From Minisyncoccota bacterium (GTDB lineage: Bacteria > Patescibacteriota > Minisyncoccia > Phycocordibacterales > PALSA-1337): a DNA stretch of 64,000 nucleotides. Positions 9,841-19,603 of this stretch are shown here, one piece after another. The translations under genes were made by a program, and so were the position numbers. The notes beneath the pieces are model-generated. The model made no database searches. It worked only from the letters and a program-made list of their open reading frames with translations, and was not told the origin of the DNA. How positions within the stretch are numbered: position 1 is the first letter of the stretch; the number at the start of each line of letters is the position of its first letter. The stretch is taken from positions 36,643-100,642 of the forward strand of contig JAQTPC010000002.1 in the NCBI GenBank assembly GCA_028713005.1. The letters run 5' to 3'.

Positions 9841-9890
9841 CGATGCAAATTGCTAATGCATGCGAATGACGCGAATATAAACACTGAATT

Positions 9891-10925
9891 ATGGATAATA
9901 AAATGACAACAGGTAAACGGCTGCTAATGATATCGACTGATCGAAAGATGTTTGAGGAGAACAGCACGGTGCGTGCCCGTCAGGCAATTTATGCAAAAGA
10001 TTTTGAAGAAGTGCACATCATTATCTTTGCCAAAGGGAAGCATGAGACGCAAAAGGAAATTGTAGTCGCCCCAAATTGCTGGGCATATTCAACACAGTCT
10101 TTTTCAGCCCTGATGTATTCGATGGACGCCATTCGCTTTGCCAAATTTATTGTTTCAAAAAGAGGCATAACAGATATTACGTGCCAAGATCCTTTTCAGA
10201 CAGCTTCGGTAGGAGCTGCTCTTAAGCGACAATTTCCTCACGTTCACCTTGAATTACAAGTGCACACTGATATTGGCTCACCACACTTTACTTATACATT
10301 GGGGAATAAAATCAGAAAGACTCTGGCACTCTCATATCTCCCAAAGGCGGATCATGTGCGTGTCGTTTCAAATAAAATAAAGTCATACCTTATTGATGTG
10401 CTCAAAATTGCTGATGCAAAGATAGAGGTCAGACCTATAGTAGTTGATATTGGTACAATTAAAAATGCACCAATCATTCCTGGTGCAGATCTGCATAAAA
10501 AGTATTCTCAGTTTGAAAAGATTATTTTGATGGCATCGCGAATTGAGCCAGAAAAGAATACCAAGCTCGCTATTGATGCATTCAAAAAAGTCGTAGAAAA
10601 AATGCCAAAAGCAGGTTTGGTTATTGTTGGAGAGGGTTCTGAGGGTTCAAAATTAAAAGTGCAAAGTGAAAATTTGTCTCTAAAAAACTCTGTTATCTTT
10701 GAGTCATGGGCAGATCAGTCAACACTGTATTCGTACTATAAAACTGCTAATGTCTTCCTTGTCACTTCACTCTTTGAAGGGTATGGCATGACACTTGTGG
10801 AAGCGCATGCTGCTGGATGTAAGATCGTTTCAACTGATGTCGGTGTGGCCAGAGAAATTGGCGCAACTATTGTTCTCGATACTCCTCAAAGCGTTTCAGA
10901 GGGAATCATTGGAATTATCGGTTAA
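9891..10925 (+). CDS. glycosyltransferase family 4
   Basis: 'LFEGYGMTLVEAHAAGCKIVSTDVG' is the GT4 motif. Confidence 0.7.
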   Translation: MDNKMTTGKRLLMISTDRKMFEENSTVRARQAIYAKDFEEVHIIIFAKGKHETQKEIVVAPNCWAYSTQSFSALMYSMDAIRFAKFIVSKRGITDITCQDPFQTASVGAALKRQFPHVHLELQVHTDIGSPHFTYTLGNKIRKTLALSYLPKADHVRVVSNKIKSYLIDVLKIADAKIEVRPIVVDIGTIKNAPIIPGADLHKKYSQFEKIILMASRIEPEKNTKLAIDAFKKVVEKMPKAGLVIVGEGSEGSKLKVQSENLSLKNSVIFESWADQSTLYSYYKTANVFLVTSLFEGYGMTLVEAHAAGCKIVSTDVGVAREIGATIVLDTPQSVSEGIIGIIG

Positions 10926-10948
10926 AAAGCGTTATACTGCCGTTTATT

Positions 10949-11863
10949 ATGGCTGACATGACTAAACCCCTCATTGGATTTATCGGACAAGGCTGGATCG
11001 GTAAGAACTATTCGAACGACCTCGAAGCACGCGGATATACTGTCGTGCGTTATGGTTTGGAAGATGAATATAAAGCCAATAAGATAAAGATCAAGGATTG
11101 CGACATCGTATTTATCGCTGTACCAACGCCAACAACAAAAAAGGGCTTTGATGATAGTTATGTGCGTTCAGTACTGCCACTTATCGGAAAAGGGAAGATT
11201 GCAGTTATAAAATCAACCCTAATTGTTGGTTGCACAGAGCGTCTACAGAAGTCATTTAAAAATATTATTGTTACACACTCGCCAGAATTCTTGAGCGAAA
11301 AGACTGCTGCATATGACGCTGCTCATCCTGATAGAAATATCATTGGTATTCCAGTGAATAATAAAAAATACGTCGATGGGGCAAATCTCGTGTTGTCAGT
11401 CCTGCCATCAGCGCCATTTTCTCTTGTCTGTGATGCGTCTGAAGCTGAGCTCATCAAATATAGCCACAATGTGCATGGATACATTCAGGTTATATTCGCC
11501 AACATTCTCTATGATCTTGCACAGGAATTCTCGATGGACTGGGAAGTTCTTTTCAAAGCATTTTCTGCCAATCCGCTTATGGTTCCACGATATCTCCGTC
11601 CTGTGCATCAGAGCGGTCGCGGGGCAGGAGGCAATTGTTTTGTGAAAGATTTTGAGGCCTTCATCCGTCTCTTTGAGAGCAAGGTAAATGATAAGACGGG
11701 GATCGCAGCACTCAAAGCTATACGCAACAAAAATATCCAGCTTCTTGTCTCATCAGGAAAAGATCTAGAAAAAATCAAAGAGATGTACGGACTTAGTGCT
11801 ATTAGACGCCATCAGAAGAAATCATCGAAGCGCACGCCAGCAAAAAAGTCCGTTAAAAAATAA
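10949..11863 (+). CDS. nucleotide-sugar dehydrogenase family protein (UDP-glucose/GDP-mannose dehydrogenase-like). It is short, with a Lys-rich C-terminal tail.
   Basis: Rossmann 'GFIGQGWIGK' and catalytic-Cys motif 'GGNCFVKDF' (compare GGSCFPKD of UGDH). At 304 aa it lacks the usual C-terminal UDP-binding domain. Confidence 0.5.
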   Translation: MADMTKPLIGFIGQGWIGKNYSNDLEARGYTVVRYGLEDEYKANKIKIKDCDIVFIAVPTPTTKKGFDDSYVRSVLPLIGKGKIAVIKSTLIVGCTERLQKSFKNIIVTHSPEFLSEKTAAYDAAHPDRNIIGIPVNNKKYVDGANLVLSVLPSAPFSLVCDASEAELIKYSHNVHGYIQVIFANILYDLAQEFSMDWEVLFKAFSANPLMVPRYLRPVHQSGRGAGGNCFVKDFEAFIRLFESKVNDKTGIAALKAIRNKNIQLLVSSGKDLEKIKEMYGLSAIRRHQKKSSKRTPAKKSVKK

Positions 11864-12945
11864 TGAAACTCCTCATCCTCACGCAAAAGGTAGATAAGCT
11901 TGATCCGATCCTCGGTTTCTTTCATCGTTGGATAGAGGAGTTTGCGAAGCATGCAGAAAAGGTAACGGTTATAACTCTCAATGAAGGTATTCATCAATTA
12001 CCAGAGAATGTGATGGTTTTTTCACTGGGCAAATCAAAAGATCAGTATGTTGGATTCAAAGATAGAATAAAATTTGTCTTTAATTTTTATGGCTATATCT
12101 GGAGTGAGAGGAAAAATTACGATACTGTTTTCGTGCATATGAACCCAATATATGTTGTTTTTGGTGGTTTGTTTTGGAAGATAATGGGCAAGAAAATATC
12201 TATGTGGTATACGCACCGTGAAGTTGATCTGAAATTGCGTGTAGCTGAAGTATTCGCTGATGTTATTTTCACTGCTGCAAAAGAAAGCTTCAAATTACCA
12301 AGTAAAAAAGTAGTTGTTACTGGGCACGGTATCGATGTTGCTCAGTTTCTCAACATGCAGCGTTCAAAAGTGATCGGCACTGATCCTATCCGTTTATTGC
12401 ATGTCGGCCGCGTCACACAAATCAAAAATTGCGATACCCTCATCGAGGCCGCGAAGATTCTCGGAGAGTGCTGGAATAAGAAGTTTGAAATAGTTTTTGC
12501 GGGTAGTCCTGTCACTGATGCGGACCGGTCATATATGACTTCGCTTTCGTCGCTCATCTCTACCTATAAGCTCGATAATCAGATTAAGTTTATCGGTCAT
12601 GTAGCACCTTCAGATATCAATAAACAATATGCGGCGTGTGATGCGACGGTCAATCTCACGCCAACTGGCGGTATCGATAAAGCCGTGCTCGAATCGATGG
12701 CCTCAGGTGTGCCGGTGTTTTCTTCAAACCAAGCTTTTGTAAATTACTTTGATAGGTATGCTGAAAAGCTTATCTTCAACGAGCGTGATGCAGACGATCT
12801 GGCTCAAAAAATAATGGCATTGTTTGCAGGGGATTTGCAGACTGTGGGCGCTAATCTGCAAAAGATAGCCGAAGAGAAGGCGGATATCGGTGTGCTTATA
12901 CATACTATCTCTGATAAACTGACTTTGTTATGGAAAAACAAGTAA
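11863..12945 (+). CDS. glycosyltransferase family 4
   Basis: GT-B architecture. The C-terminal half has 'ESMASGVPVF' (the EX7E-like region). Confidence 0.65.
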   Translation: MKLLILTQKVDKLDPILGFFHRWIEEFAKHAEKVTVITLNEGIHQLPENVMVFSLGKSKDQYVGFKDRIKFVFNFYGYIWSERKNYDTVFVHMNPIYVVFGGLFWKIMGKKISMWYTHREVDLKLRVAEVFADVIFTAAKESFKLPSKKVVVTGHGIDVAQFLNMQRSKVIGTDPIRLLHVGRVTQIKNCDTLIEAAKILGECWNKKFEIVFAGSPVTDADRSYMTSLSSLISTYKLDNQIKFIGHVAPSDINKQYAACDATVNLTPTGGIDKAVLESMASGVPVFSSNQAFVNYFDRYAEKLIFNERDADDLAQKIMALFAGDLQTVGANLQKIAEEKADIGVLIHTISDKLTLLWKNK

Positions 12946-13550
12946 ATAAAGATCATTATAATTTTAAGGCATATTCTCATCTCGGCCGATGGGCGAGCTA
13001 TTTCTTTCAGCTCGAGCAAGTCTTTTCTTTTAATCCCGCATCTATCCTCGAAATCGGTGTCGGTGACCGCGTTTTTGGAGATTATATAAAAAATAATACT
13101 GATATCAAATATATCTCAGCTGATGTGGCCGAGGATCTCAAGCCTGATGTCGTTGCAAGTGTTACTGCGCTACCTTTCACAGATGGTGAGTTTGATGTTT
13201 CATGCGCCTTTGAAGTGCTTGAGCATATACCATTTGATTCATTTGAAGATGCATTGCGAGAGATGGCACGTGTATCAAAAAAAGCGGTGATCATCAGCCT
13301 TCCTCACTTTGGGCCATCATGTGAACTTTCATTTAAGATTCCTTTTATCAAGAGAGTAAAGCTTGCCTTTAAACTCCCGTTTCATCCAATCCATGCGTGG
13401 AACGGCGAGCACTATTTTGAGATTGGCAAAAAGGGTTATGAAGTCGGCGAGATACGCAACGTTTTGCGTAAGGATTTTGTCATCCAAAAAGATTTTGTGC
13501 CGTTTGAAAATCAGTACCATCATTTCTTCGTTCTCGTTCCTAAAAAGTAA
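12930..13550 (+). CDS. class I SAM-dependent methyltransferase
   Basis: Motif I 'ILEIGVGDRVFG' and 'LPFTDGEFDVSCAFEVLEHI'. Confidence 0.7.
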   Translation: MEKQVNKDHYNFKAYSHLGRWASYFFQLEQVFSFNPASILEIGVGDRVFGDYIKNNTDIKYISADVAEDLKPDVVASVTALPFTDGEFDVSCAFEVLEHIPFDSFEDALREMARVSKKAVIISLPHFGPSCELSFKIPFIKRVKLAFKLPFHPIHAWNGEHYFEIGKKGYEVGEIRNVLRKDFVIQKDFVPFENQYHHFFVLVPKK

Positions 13551-13561
13551 TCGTTACGCGT

Positions 13562-14593
13562 ATGAAAATAGCTTTCATTCCACCAAAGAAGAGAAGCGAG
13601 TATCTGACCAATACCGTGTTGGATGGTCTTTTGTGGCTGAAGCGTGATGGGGACGGCCCTGCATCTGGCATAGAGCTTGCTTTGCCGCCCGAGGAATATC
13701 TCTGCCCGTATGACCTCTCGCCGTATATATTGAACGAGGCTGAGTTTGATGCATTCGCGCGATCAGCCCACTTGATCATCCTGCCTTTTGGAAAAAATAC
13801 GACTAACTATGAACTCGCAGAAAAAATAGGGCGTTGGGATAAAACCGTCTTTGTTGATGGTGGTGAGTTGGGCAAGGATAGGCGTTACGACACTACCATC
13901 CGCGCTCAAGTCGAAGAGATGACCTATGATGGCTTCGGAAAAATATATGCTGACATGCTCTCAAAATGTGCATTGTATTTTAGACGTGAAAAGCCTTATA
14001 TTAAAGGCATTATTCCTTTACCTTTCGGTATTGAGTCGCGTTACTTGGTGCAATTTGATCCAACTAAAAAGAGGAATATCGATTTTTGTTGTATCTTTGG
14101 TCAGGATGAATATCCGATACTGAGACGCCATGCGACAAAAGTGCTTGAGAAATTTTGCAAGAAAAATGGCTTTATCTGTCAAACAAAAAAGACCAAGGGA
14201 TTTACTTTTGAAGATGATCAAAAAGTTGCAGGTAGAGATCCATTTTATGAGATCCTCTCACGTTCGAAAGTTGGTATATCGATCGGTGGTGGTGGCTTCG
14301 ACACGGCGCGCTTTTGGGAAATACTTGGCAATGATTGTATGCTTCTCACTGAGACTATCGACATATATGAAAAAGATAGCACTGCTCTCAACTATAAGGG
14401 AATCATTCAGTTTAAGGACCTAGTTGATTTTGAGGAGAAGCTTGTACAGGTCGCTGGTTTTCTCAAAAATGGCTATAATCAAACCGATAGATCAGGTGAG
14501 TATGCAGAGATCATCAAGATGCATTCAAGTAAGGCGCGTGCGATGACGGTATTAACTGAGGCAGAAAAAAAGGGTATTATTTCGCTTAATTAA
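13562..14593 (+). CDS. hypothetical protein, possibly an unclassified GT-B-like glycosyltransferase
   Basis: The call rests on glycan-cluster context, a size of 343 aa and a 'GISIGGGGFDT' glycine-rich segment. There is no firm motif. Confidence 0.3.
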   Translation: MKIAFIPPKKRSEYLTNTVLDGLLWLKRDGDGPASGIELALPPEEYLCPYDLSPYILNEAEFDAFARSAHLIILPFGKNTTNYELAEKIGRWDKTVFVDGGELGKDRRYDTTIRAQVEEMTYDGFGKIYADMLSKCALYFRREKPYIKGIIPLPFGIESRYLVQFDPTKKRNIDFCCIFGQDEYPILRRHATKVLEKFCKKNGFICQTKKTKGFTFEDDQKVAGRDPFYEILSRSKVGISIGGGGFDTARFWEILGNDCMLLTETIDIYEKDSTALNYKGIIQFKDLVDFEEKLVQVAGFLKNGYNQTDRSGEYAEIIKMHSSKARAMTVLTEAEKKGIISLN

Positions 14594-14598
14594 CATAC

Positions 14599-15384
14599 AT
14601 GACAACATCACCATACGATTGTGCAATAGTTATTCCTTCATGTGATTCGTATGAAGAAGCGTGGGGTCCTTTTTTTGGTTTCTTTTTCAAATATTGGCCT
14701 GATTGTCCATTTCCTATATATCTCATCACTGAAACAAAAAAGTTCGATGATGCTCGTGTACAGACCATAAATCTCGGCAAAGACTTTGGTTGGGCGAACA
14801 ACATGATCAAATCTCTTGCTATCATTCCAGAAAATAATTTTATTTATTTCTTGGAAGACGTCTTTATCATGAAAAAGGTAGATACAGCGCGTGTGATCTC
14901 ACTCCTCGATCTGCTCAAAAAAGACAATGTTTCATGTCTCCGCTTATTCCCGCTTCCAGGTCCGAGTACTGCATATGGAGACAGGAATGATCTTGGTATC
15001 ATTGCGGAAGATGCAGAGTATCGCGTCTCGACGATGCCAGCGATCTGGAATAAATCCGCTTTCAGTAGATTGCTCGTTGCAGGGGAGAATGCATGGCAGA
15101 TGGAGCTCGATGGTACAAAGCGTGCACACGTGATGAACGAACTTTTCCTGAGTGTTTGGCCTGGCGATGCCGTCATAGATATATTTGCCACTGCTATCAA
15201 ACGTGGACGTTGGCTCTATGATGCGGTTCAGTTGTGCCATAAAGAAGGTATCAGCGTCAGTCCAAAGAGACCAGTAGAGAGCTTCAATGAATACATCATC
15301 CGTAAGGCCTGCTATCTTCCTCTTATTGGTGGATTCTTCAGAGTAGGGCATCGTTGGTACCATTCTCGAGACAAAAAGAAATAG
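14599..15384 (+). CDS. hypothetical protein, possible GT-A-like nucleotide-sugar transferase
   Basis: 261 aa. The 'YFLEDVF' segment is DXD-like. Cluster context supports the guess. Confidence 0.3.
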   Translation: MTTSPYDCAIVIPSCDSYEEAWGPFFGFFFKYWPDCPFPIYLITETKKFDDARVQTINLGKDFGWANNMIKSLAIIPENNFIYFLEDVFIMKKVDTARVISLLDLLKKDNVSCLRLFPLPGPSTAYGDRNDLGIIAEDAEYRVSTMPAIWNKSAFSRLLVAGENAWQMELDGTKRAHVMNELFLSVWPGDAVIDIFATAIKRGRWLYDAVQLCHKEGISVSPKRPVESFNEYIIRKACYLPLIGGFFRVGHRWYHSRDKKK

Positions 15385-15413
15385 TTTTAAATAAACTTAA
15401 TTTGAAAAATAGA

Positions 15414-15454
15414 TAATAAAAAAGCATTCCTTGGAAGGAATGCTTCGTGTTTTG
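15414..15454. terminator. bidirectional Rho-independent terminator between convergent genes
   Basis: AAAAAAGCATTCC-TTGGAA-GGAATGCTTCGTGTTTTG. The A-run before and the T-run after mean it works in both orientations. Confidence 0.55.
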
Positions 15455-15470
15455 TGAATCAATACCGTGT

Positions 15471-16229
15471 TTACGGTAAATTCTTGTTGCTCAAGCGCGC
15501 TGCTTCGGTCATCATCGCAGTGCTGAGATCAATGCGCTGTTTGTCGCGTTTTCCTCGCATATCCGCATCGTCTTCGACAAGTTGTTCAGTCGGGTGAACA
15601 TAGTCCACGGTGACCGACTTAATCTCATAGCCGGCGTCGAGGAACCAGAGCATAGGGATAAATATGATTTCCCAGTTATCACCGTAGGAGCAGTTACCGT
15701 TCTTGCCATTGTAAACGGCCATCATCCGTGCTGCTTGAGGAGTCATGATGCGCGGACCAAAGAAGAGGTCCAGATCAGGCCGGTTCGTGGCATTCGCCAA
15801 CGCCCAGTTTCCGCGGTATTCCGAGAATTGCTGGTAGGCGGGATAGCCGTCCAGATTCTTCCGGCGCGGGATCACCACATCGGCTTCCTCGAAGATGATT
15901 TCATTGAGGCAGGGAACGAGCAATGGAACGAGTGTATATTTTTCCGGCTCAAGCCAGACGATAATGTCTGCGCCAGAGTCGATGCCTGCTCCGAGAGCTT
16001 GGCGGCGAGATGCTCCCATGCCAGAGGTTATCTGGTCGATGACAGTCGCACCAGCGTCTTGAAGTGCTTTCTTGAACTCCGCGCAAGGGCTGCCATCAAC
16101 GATGATGAGGTCATACCCATGCTCTACGCATGCCTGACATGTTTTGAGCGCGAGCTGAGCCCGCGTCTCGTGGATTGATTTGCTGAATGTCGTCGTCACA
16201 AGAACGACTTTTTTTGAATGAACCTTCAC
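15471..16229 (-). CDS. GT-A fold glycosyltransferase (GT2-like)
   Basis: 'VVLVTTTFSKS...DLIIVDGSP' resembles the GT2 N-terminal motif and the DDGS/DXD region. The gene is visibly more GC-rich than its neighbours. It is the only minus-strand gene in this stretch. Confidence 0.4.
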   Translation of the reverse strand: MKVHSKKVVLVTTTFSKSIHETRAQLALKTCQACVEHGYDLIIVDGSPCAEFKKALQDAGATVIDQITSGMGASRRQALGAGIDSGADIIVWLEPEKYTLVPLLVPCLNEIIFEEADVVIPRRKNLDGYPAYQQFSEYRGNWALANATNRPDLDLFFGPRIMTPQAARMMAVYNGKNGNCSYGDNWEIIFIPMLWFLDAGYEIKSVTVDYVHPTEQLVEDDADMRGKRDKQRIDLSTAMMTEAARLSNKNLP

Positions 16230-16389
16230 GGCATACCTTTCTGTTGTGTTTTTGCTGTGTCAGTTCGATGTCGTATCGAACTAAATTCAAATTACATTAT
16301 AGCATTTTATACATGCTATGTCAATAAATATGGCTAGATTTAAGGCTTTATTTCTGATATAGTACGAATCTAAACGCTTATATTTCCAC

Positions 16390-17451
16390 ATGAAAAAAGC
16401 TCTCATTACAGGCATTACTGGACAAGACGGATCATATCTCGCAGAGTTTCTCCTCGATAAAGGTTATGAAGTGCATGGACTTATACGTCGCGCATCATCA
16501 TTTAATACAGGTCGCTTGAGCCACATCTTCCAAGATCCGCATCAAAAAAATAAAAAACTTATCCTTCATTACGGTGATCTCTCTGATTCGAGTAATATTT
16601 CGCGCCTACTCGAAAAGATCCGTCCTGATGAGATCTACAACCTTGGTGCTCAGAGTCACGTTCGCGTCAGTTTTGATATACCTGAATACACAGGTGATAT
16701 CGTTGGTCTCGGTACGCTCCGCCTCCTCGATGCGATCAAGGATACACAGATAAAGACAAAGTTTTACCAAGCTTCATCGAGCGAGATGTTCGGCAAAGCT
16801 GTTGAACTGCCTTTAACAGAAAAGTCAGCATTTCATCCACGCTCACCATACGGTTGTGCAAAAGTTTTTGCGTATTGGACGACCAAGAACTATCGCGAGA
16901 GTTACGGTATCTTTGCGGTTAACGGCATCCTTTTCAATCACGAGTCTCCACGTAGAGGGGAGACCTTTGTGACACGTAAGATTACCCGTGGTCTTGCACG
17001 TATCAAGCTCGGTCTCGAACAAAAACTCTATCTTGGAAACCTCGATGCCAAGCGTGACTGGGGTCATGCGCAAGATTATGTTGAGGGTATGTGGCTCATG
17101 CTTCAAGCAAAAAAGCCTGATGATTACGTCCTTGCTCTCGGTGAGACGCACTCGGTCAGAGAGTTTGTTGAGCTTGCTGCAGCATGTTTAGATATTGATC
17201 TCATCTGGAAAGGTAAGGGTATAAAAGAAGTTGGTATAGATAAAAAGACAAAGAAAGTGATCATTGAGATTGATCCGCATTATTTCAGACCAGCGGAAGT
17301 AGATGTATTACTTGGTGACTCAAAGAGAGCGCGAAAAGAGCTTGGTTGGAAGCCAAAGATATCGTTCAAGAAATTGATTGAGCTCATGGTTGATGCTGAT
17401 ATGGAGAAGGAGTCAGGAAAAAAGAAGATTGTTCATACAAAGAAAAAATAG
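16390..17451 (+). CDS. gmd: GDP-mannose 4,6-dehydratase
   Basis: '[40 protein letters not shown]' is a near-canonical Gmd N-terminus. 353 aa. Confidence 0.9.
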   Translation: MKKALITGITGQDGSYLAEFLLDKGYEVHGLIRRASSFNTGRLSHIFQDPHQKNKKLILHYGDLSDSSNISRLLEKIRPDEIYNLGAQSHVRVSFDIPEYTGDIVGLGTLRLLDAIKDTQIKTKFYQASSSEMFGKAVELPLTEKSAFHPRSPYGCAKVFAYWTTKNYRESYGIFAVNGILFNHESPRRGETFVTRKITRGLARIKLGLEQKLYLGNLDAKRDWGHAQDYVEGMWLMLQAKKPDDYVLALGETHSVREFVELAAACLDIDLIWKGKGIKEVGIDKKTKKVIIEIDPHYFRPAEVDVLLGDSKRARKELGWKPKISFKKLIELMVDADMEKESGKKKIVHTKKK

Positions 17452-17477
17452 TTTAATAGCTTAACTTTGAAATACTC

Positions 17478-18638
17478 ATGATCAAACTCGTCAAATCCAC
17501 TTTTTATAAAGAAAAAGAAACCAAGGAGTCTCTTGCGAAATTTATTCTTAATACAGAGATTATGAGTATGGGTGATGAGTGTAAAAAATTTGAGACAGCA
17601 TTTGCCAAAAAGCAAAAAAGAAAATATGCGCTACTCGTTTCAAGTGGTTCAATGGCAAACCAGGTGCTCATCCAGTCGGTGATGAATAGGGGTCTGCTCA
17701 AAAAGGGAGATAAGGTCGCTGTATCCGCCCTCACGTGGGCGACCAATATTATGCCACTACTCCAGCTTGGGCTTGAGCCGGTCATACTCGATGTTGATAT
17801 CGCTACATTTAACGTCTCATCAGTTGAGCTTGAAAAGCATATAAAAGGCATCAAGGCCTTTTTCATCACGAATGTGCTCGGCTTATGTGGCGATATGTCA
17901 GAGATAAAAAAAGTATGTGACAAACATAATGTGCTCTTGCTCGAAGATAACTGCGAATCGCTCGGCTCTGAAATTGACGGCAAGCTCCTCGGTAACTTTG
18001 GTCTTGCATCAACATTTTCATTTTTTGTCGGGCATCATCTCTCTACCATCGAAGGTGGCATGATATGTACTGACGATGACGATCTCTACAATATGCTTGT
18101 TATGGTGCGTGCGCATGGTTGGGATAGAAATCTCGCTCCTGAAACACAGCAAAAGCTCAGAAAAGAAGCGGGATGCGATGATTTTTATGCCAAGTATACG
18201 TTTTATGATCTTGCGTATAATGCTCGTCCAACAGAGATAACTGGTTTCCTTGGTAATTCTCAGCTCCCTTATCTTGATGAGATGATTACGAAGCGCGTTT
18301 CAAATTTTAAACGCTTTGCTGAAGCGGTGAATGCAAATGATGATTTTATGAAGATTGATCATGCCCATATCAATGCGGTTTCAAATATGGCTATGCCAAT
18401 CGTATGCAAGACGCCAGAAAAAGCCGAGATTTATAAAAAGAAATTTGCTGGTGCAGTCGAAATCAGGCCTGTCATTGCAGGTAATATGCTCAATCAGCCA
18501 TTTTACAAAAAATACGTACATAGCAGTGCTACATATCCGAACACTGACTTTGTACACCAAAATGGTTTTTATTTTGCCAACAATGCAGAATTAACAGAGG
18601 AAGAAGTCGACCTTATCGTAGCTTTATTGAATAAATAA
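17478..18638 (+). CDS. colD: DegT/DnrJ/EryC1 family PLP enzyme with His replacing the Schiff-base Lys. This is the signature of GDP-4-keto-6-deoxy-D-mannose 3-dehydratase (ColD).
   Basis: 'STFSFFVGHHLSTIEGGMICTDDDDLY' compared with my recollection of E. coli ColD 'FSFYYSHHIATMEGG'. The gene lies between gmd and an fcl-like gene. Confidence 0.65.
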   Translation: MIKLVKSTFYKEKETKESLAKFILNTEIMSMGDECKKFETAFAKKQKRKYALLVSSGSMANQVLIQSVMNRGLLKKGDKVAVSALTWATNIMPLLQLGLEPVILDVDIATFNVSSVELEKHIKGIKAFFITNVLGLCGDMSEIKKVCDKHNVLLLEDNCESLGSEIDGKLLGNFGLASTFSFFVGHHLSTIEGGMICTDDDDLYNMLVMVRAHGWDRNLAPETQQKLRKEAGCDDFYAKYTFYDLAYNARPTEITGFLGNSQLPYLDEMITKRVSNFKRFAEAVNANDDFMKIDHAHINAVSNMAMPIVCKTPEKAEIYKKKFAGAVEIRPVIAGNMLNQPFYKKYVHSSATYPNTDFVHQNGFYFANNAELTEEEVDLIVALLNK

Positions 18639-18639
18639 T

Positions 18640-19578
18640 ATGAAAAAAGATTCAAAAATATATGTGGCAGGTCATACAGGTTTGGTCGGTAGTGCCGTGG
18701 TGAGAAAGCTACAAGCTGAAGGCTATGCCAGTGTTGTTACACGTACACGTAAAGAGCTTGACCTCTTGGACACAAAAGCAGTTGATCATTTTTTTTCAAT
18801 AGAAAAACCTGAGTATGTCATCGATGCAGCTGCACGAGTCGGTGGCATCAAAGCAAACATGACGTTTCCTGCAGAGTTTCTCTATGAAAATCTTCAAATA
18901 CAGAACAATCTCATTTGGTCAGCACACAAACATGAGGCAAAAAAATTCTTATTCCTCGGTAGTTCATGCATATATCCTCGCAGTGCCCTACAACCGATGA
19001 AAGAAGAGTATTTTCTCGACGGCAAACTTGAACCTACAAATGAAGGATATGCTCTCGCAAAAATCTCAGGCATGAAGCTCTGTGAAAAGATCAATACAGA
19101 GTATAAAAAAGATTTTATCTCATGCATGCCGACTAACATCTACGGTCCTCATGATAATTTTAGCGAGGAGTCGTCACACGTCATCCCGGCACTTATCCAG
19201 CGTTTACATAAAGCAAAACTCGCAGGTGATGCTGAAGTAGTCATTTGGGGTAGTGGTATTAGTCGACGTGAATTTTTATACGTAGATGATTTGGCTGAGG
19301 CTATTGTATGGCTTATGGAGAACTATGATCAAAAAGAATTTTTGAACATAGGCACAGGCGAGGACGTATCTATCAAAGAATTGGCTACGCTCATAAAAGG
19401 GATTGTGGGCTATGAAGGTAAACTGGTATTCGATACGACTAAGCCGGATGGTATGCCCAAGAAACTTCTCGATGTTTCAAAGCTCACCGCTCTCGGTTGG
19501 CAGTCAAAGACAAAGCTTGAAAATGGGCTTAAGCAAAGCTACGCTTGGTTTTTGGAATACGGACAGAAACAAAAATAA
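18640..19578 (+). CDS. GDP-L-fucose synthase family epimerase/reductase (Fcl). In this context it is probably GDP-L-colitose synthase, ColC.
   Basis: 'IYVAGHTGLVGSAVVRKL' NAD(P)-binding N-terminus. 312 aa, consistent with an SDR-extended Fcl. Confidence 0.75.
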   Translation: MKKDSKIYVAGHTGLVGSAVVRKLQAEGYASVVTRTRKELDLLDTKAVDHFFSIEKPEYVIDAAARVGGIKANMTFPAEFLYENLQIQNNLIWSAHKHEAKKFLFLGSSCIYPRSALQPMKEEYFLDGKLEPTNEGYALAKISGMKLCEKINTEYKKDFISCMPTNIYGPHDNFSEESSHVIPALIQRLHKAKLAGDAEVVIWGSGISRREFLYVDDLAEAIVWLMENYDQKEFLNIGTGEDVSIKELATLIKGIVGYEGKLVFDTTKPDGMPKKLLDVSKLTALGWQSKTKLENGLKQSYAWFLEYGQKQK

Positions 19579-19603
19579 CGTAAATCATGATAGTATAGCC
19601 TCT

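Noticed and set aside
15582-16178. 198-aa plus-strand ORF
   Set aside because: It is antisense to the GC-rich GT-A gene. Elevated GC lowers stop-codon frequency, which makes long spurious ORFs likely.
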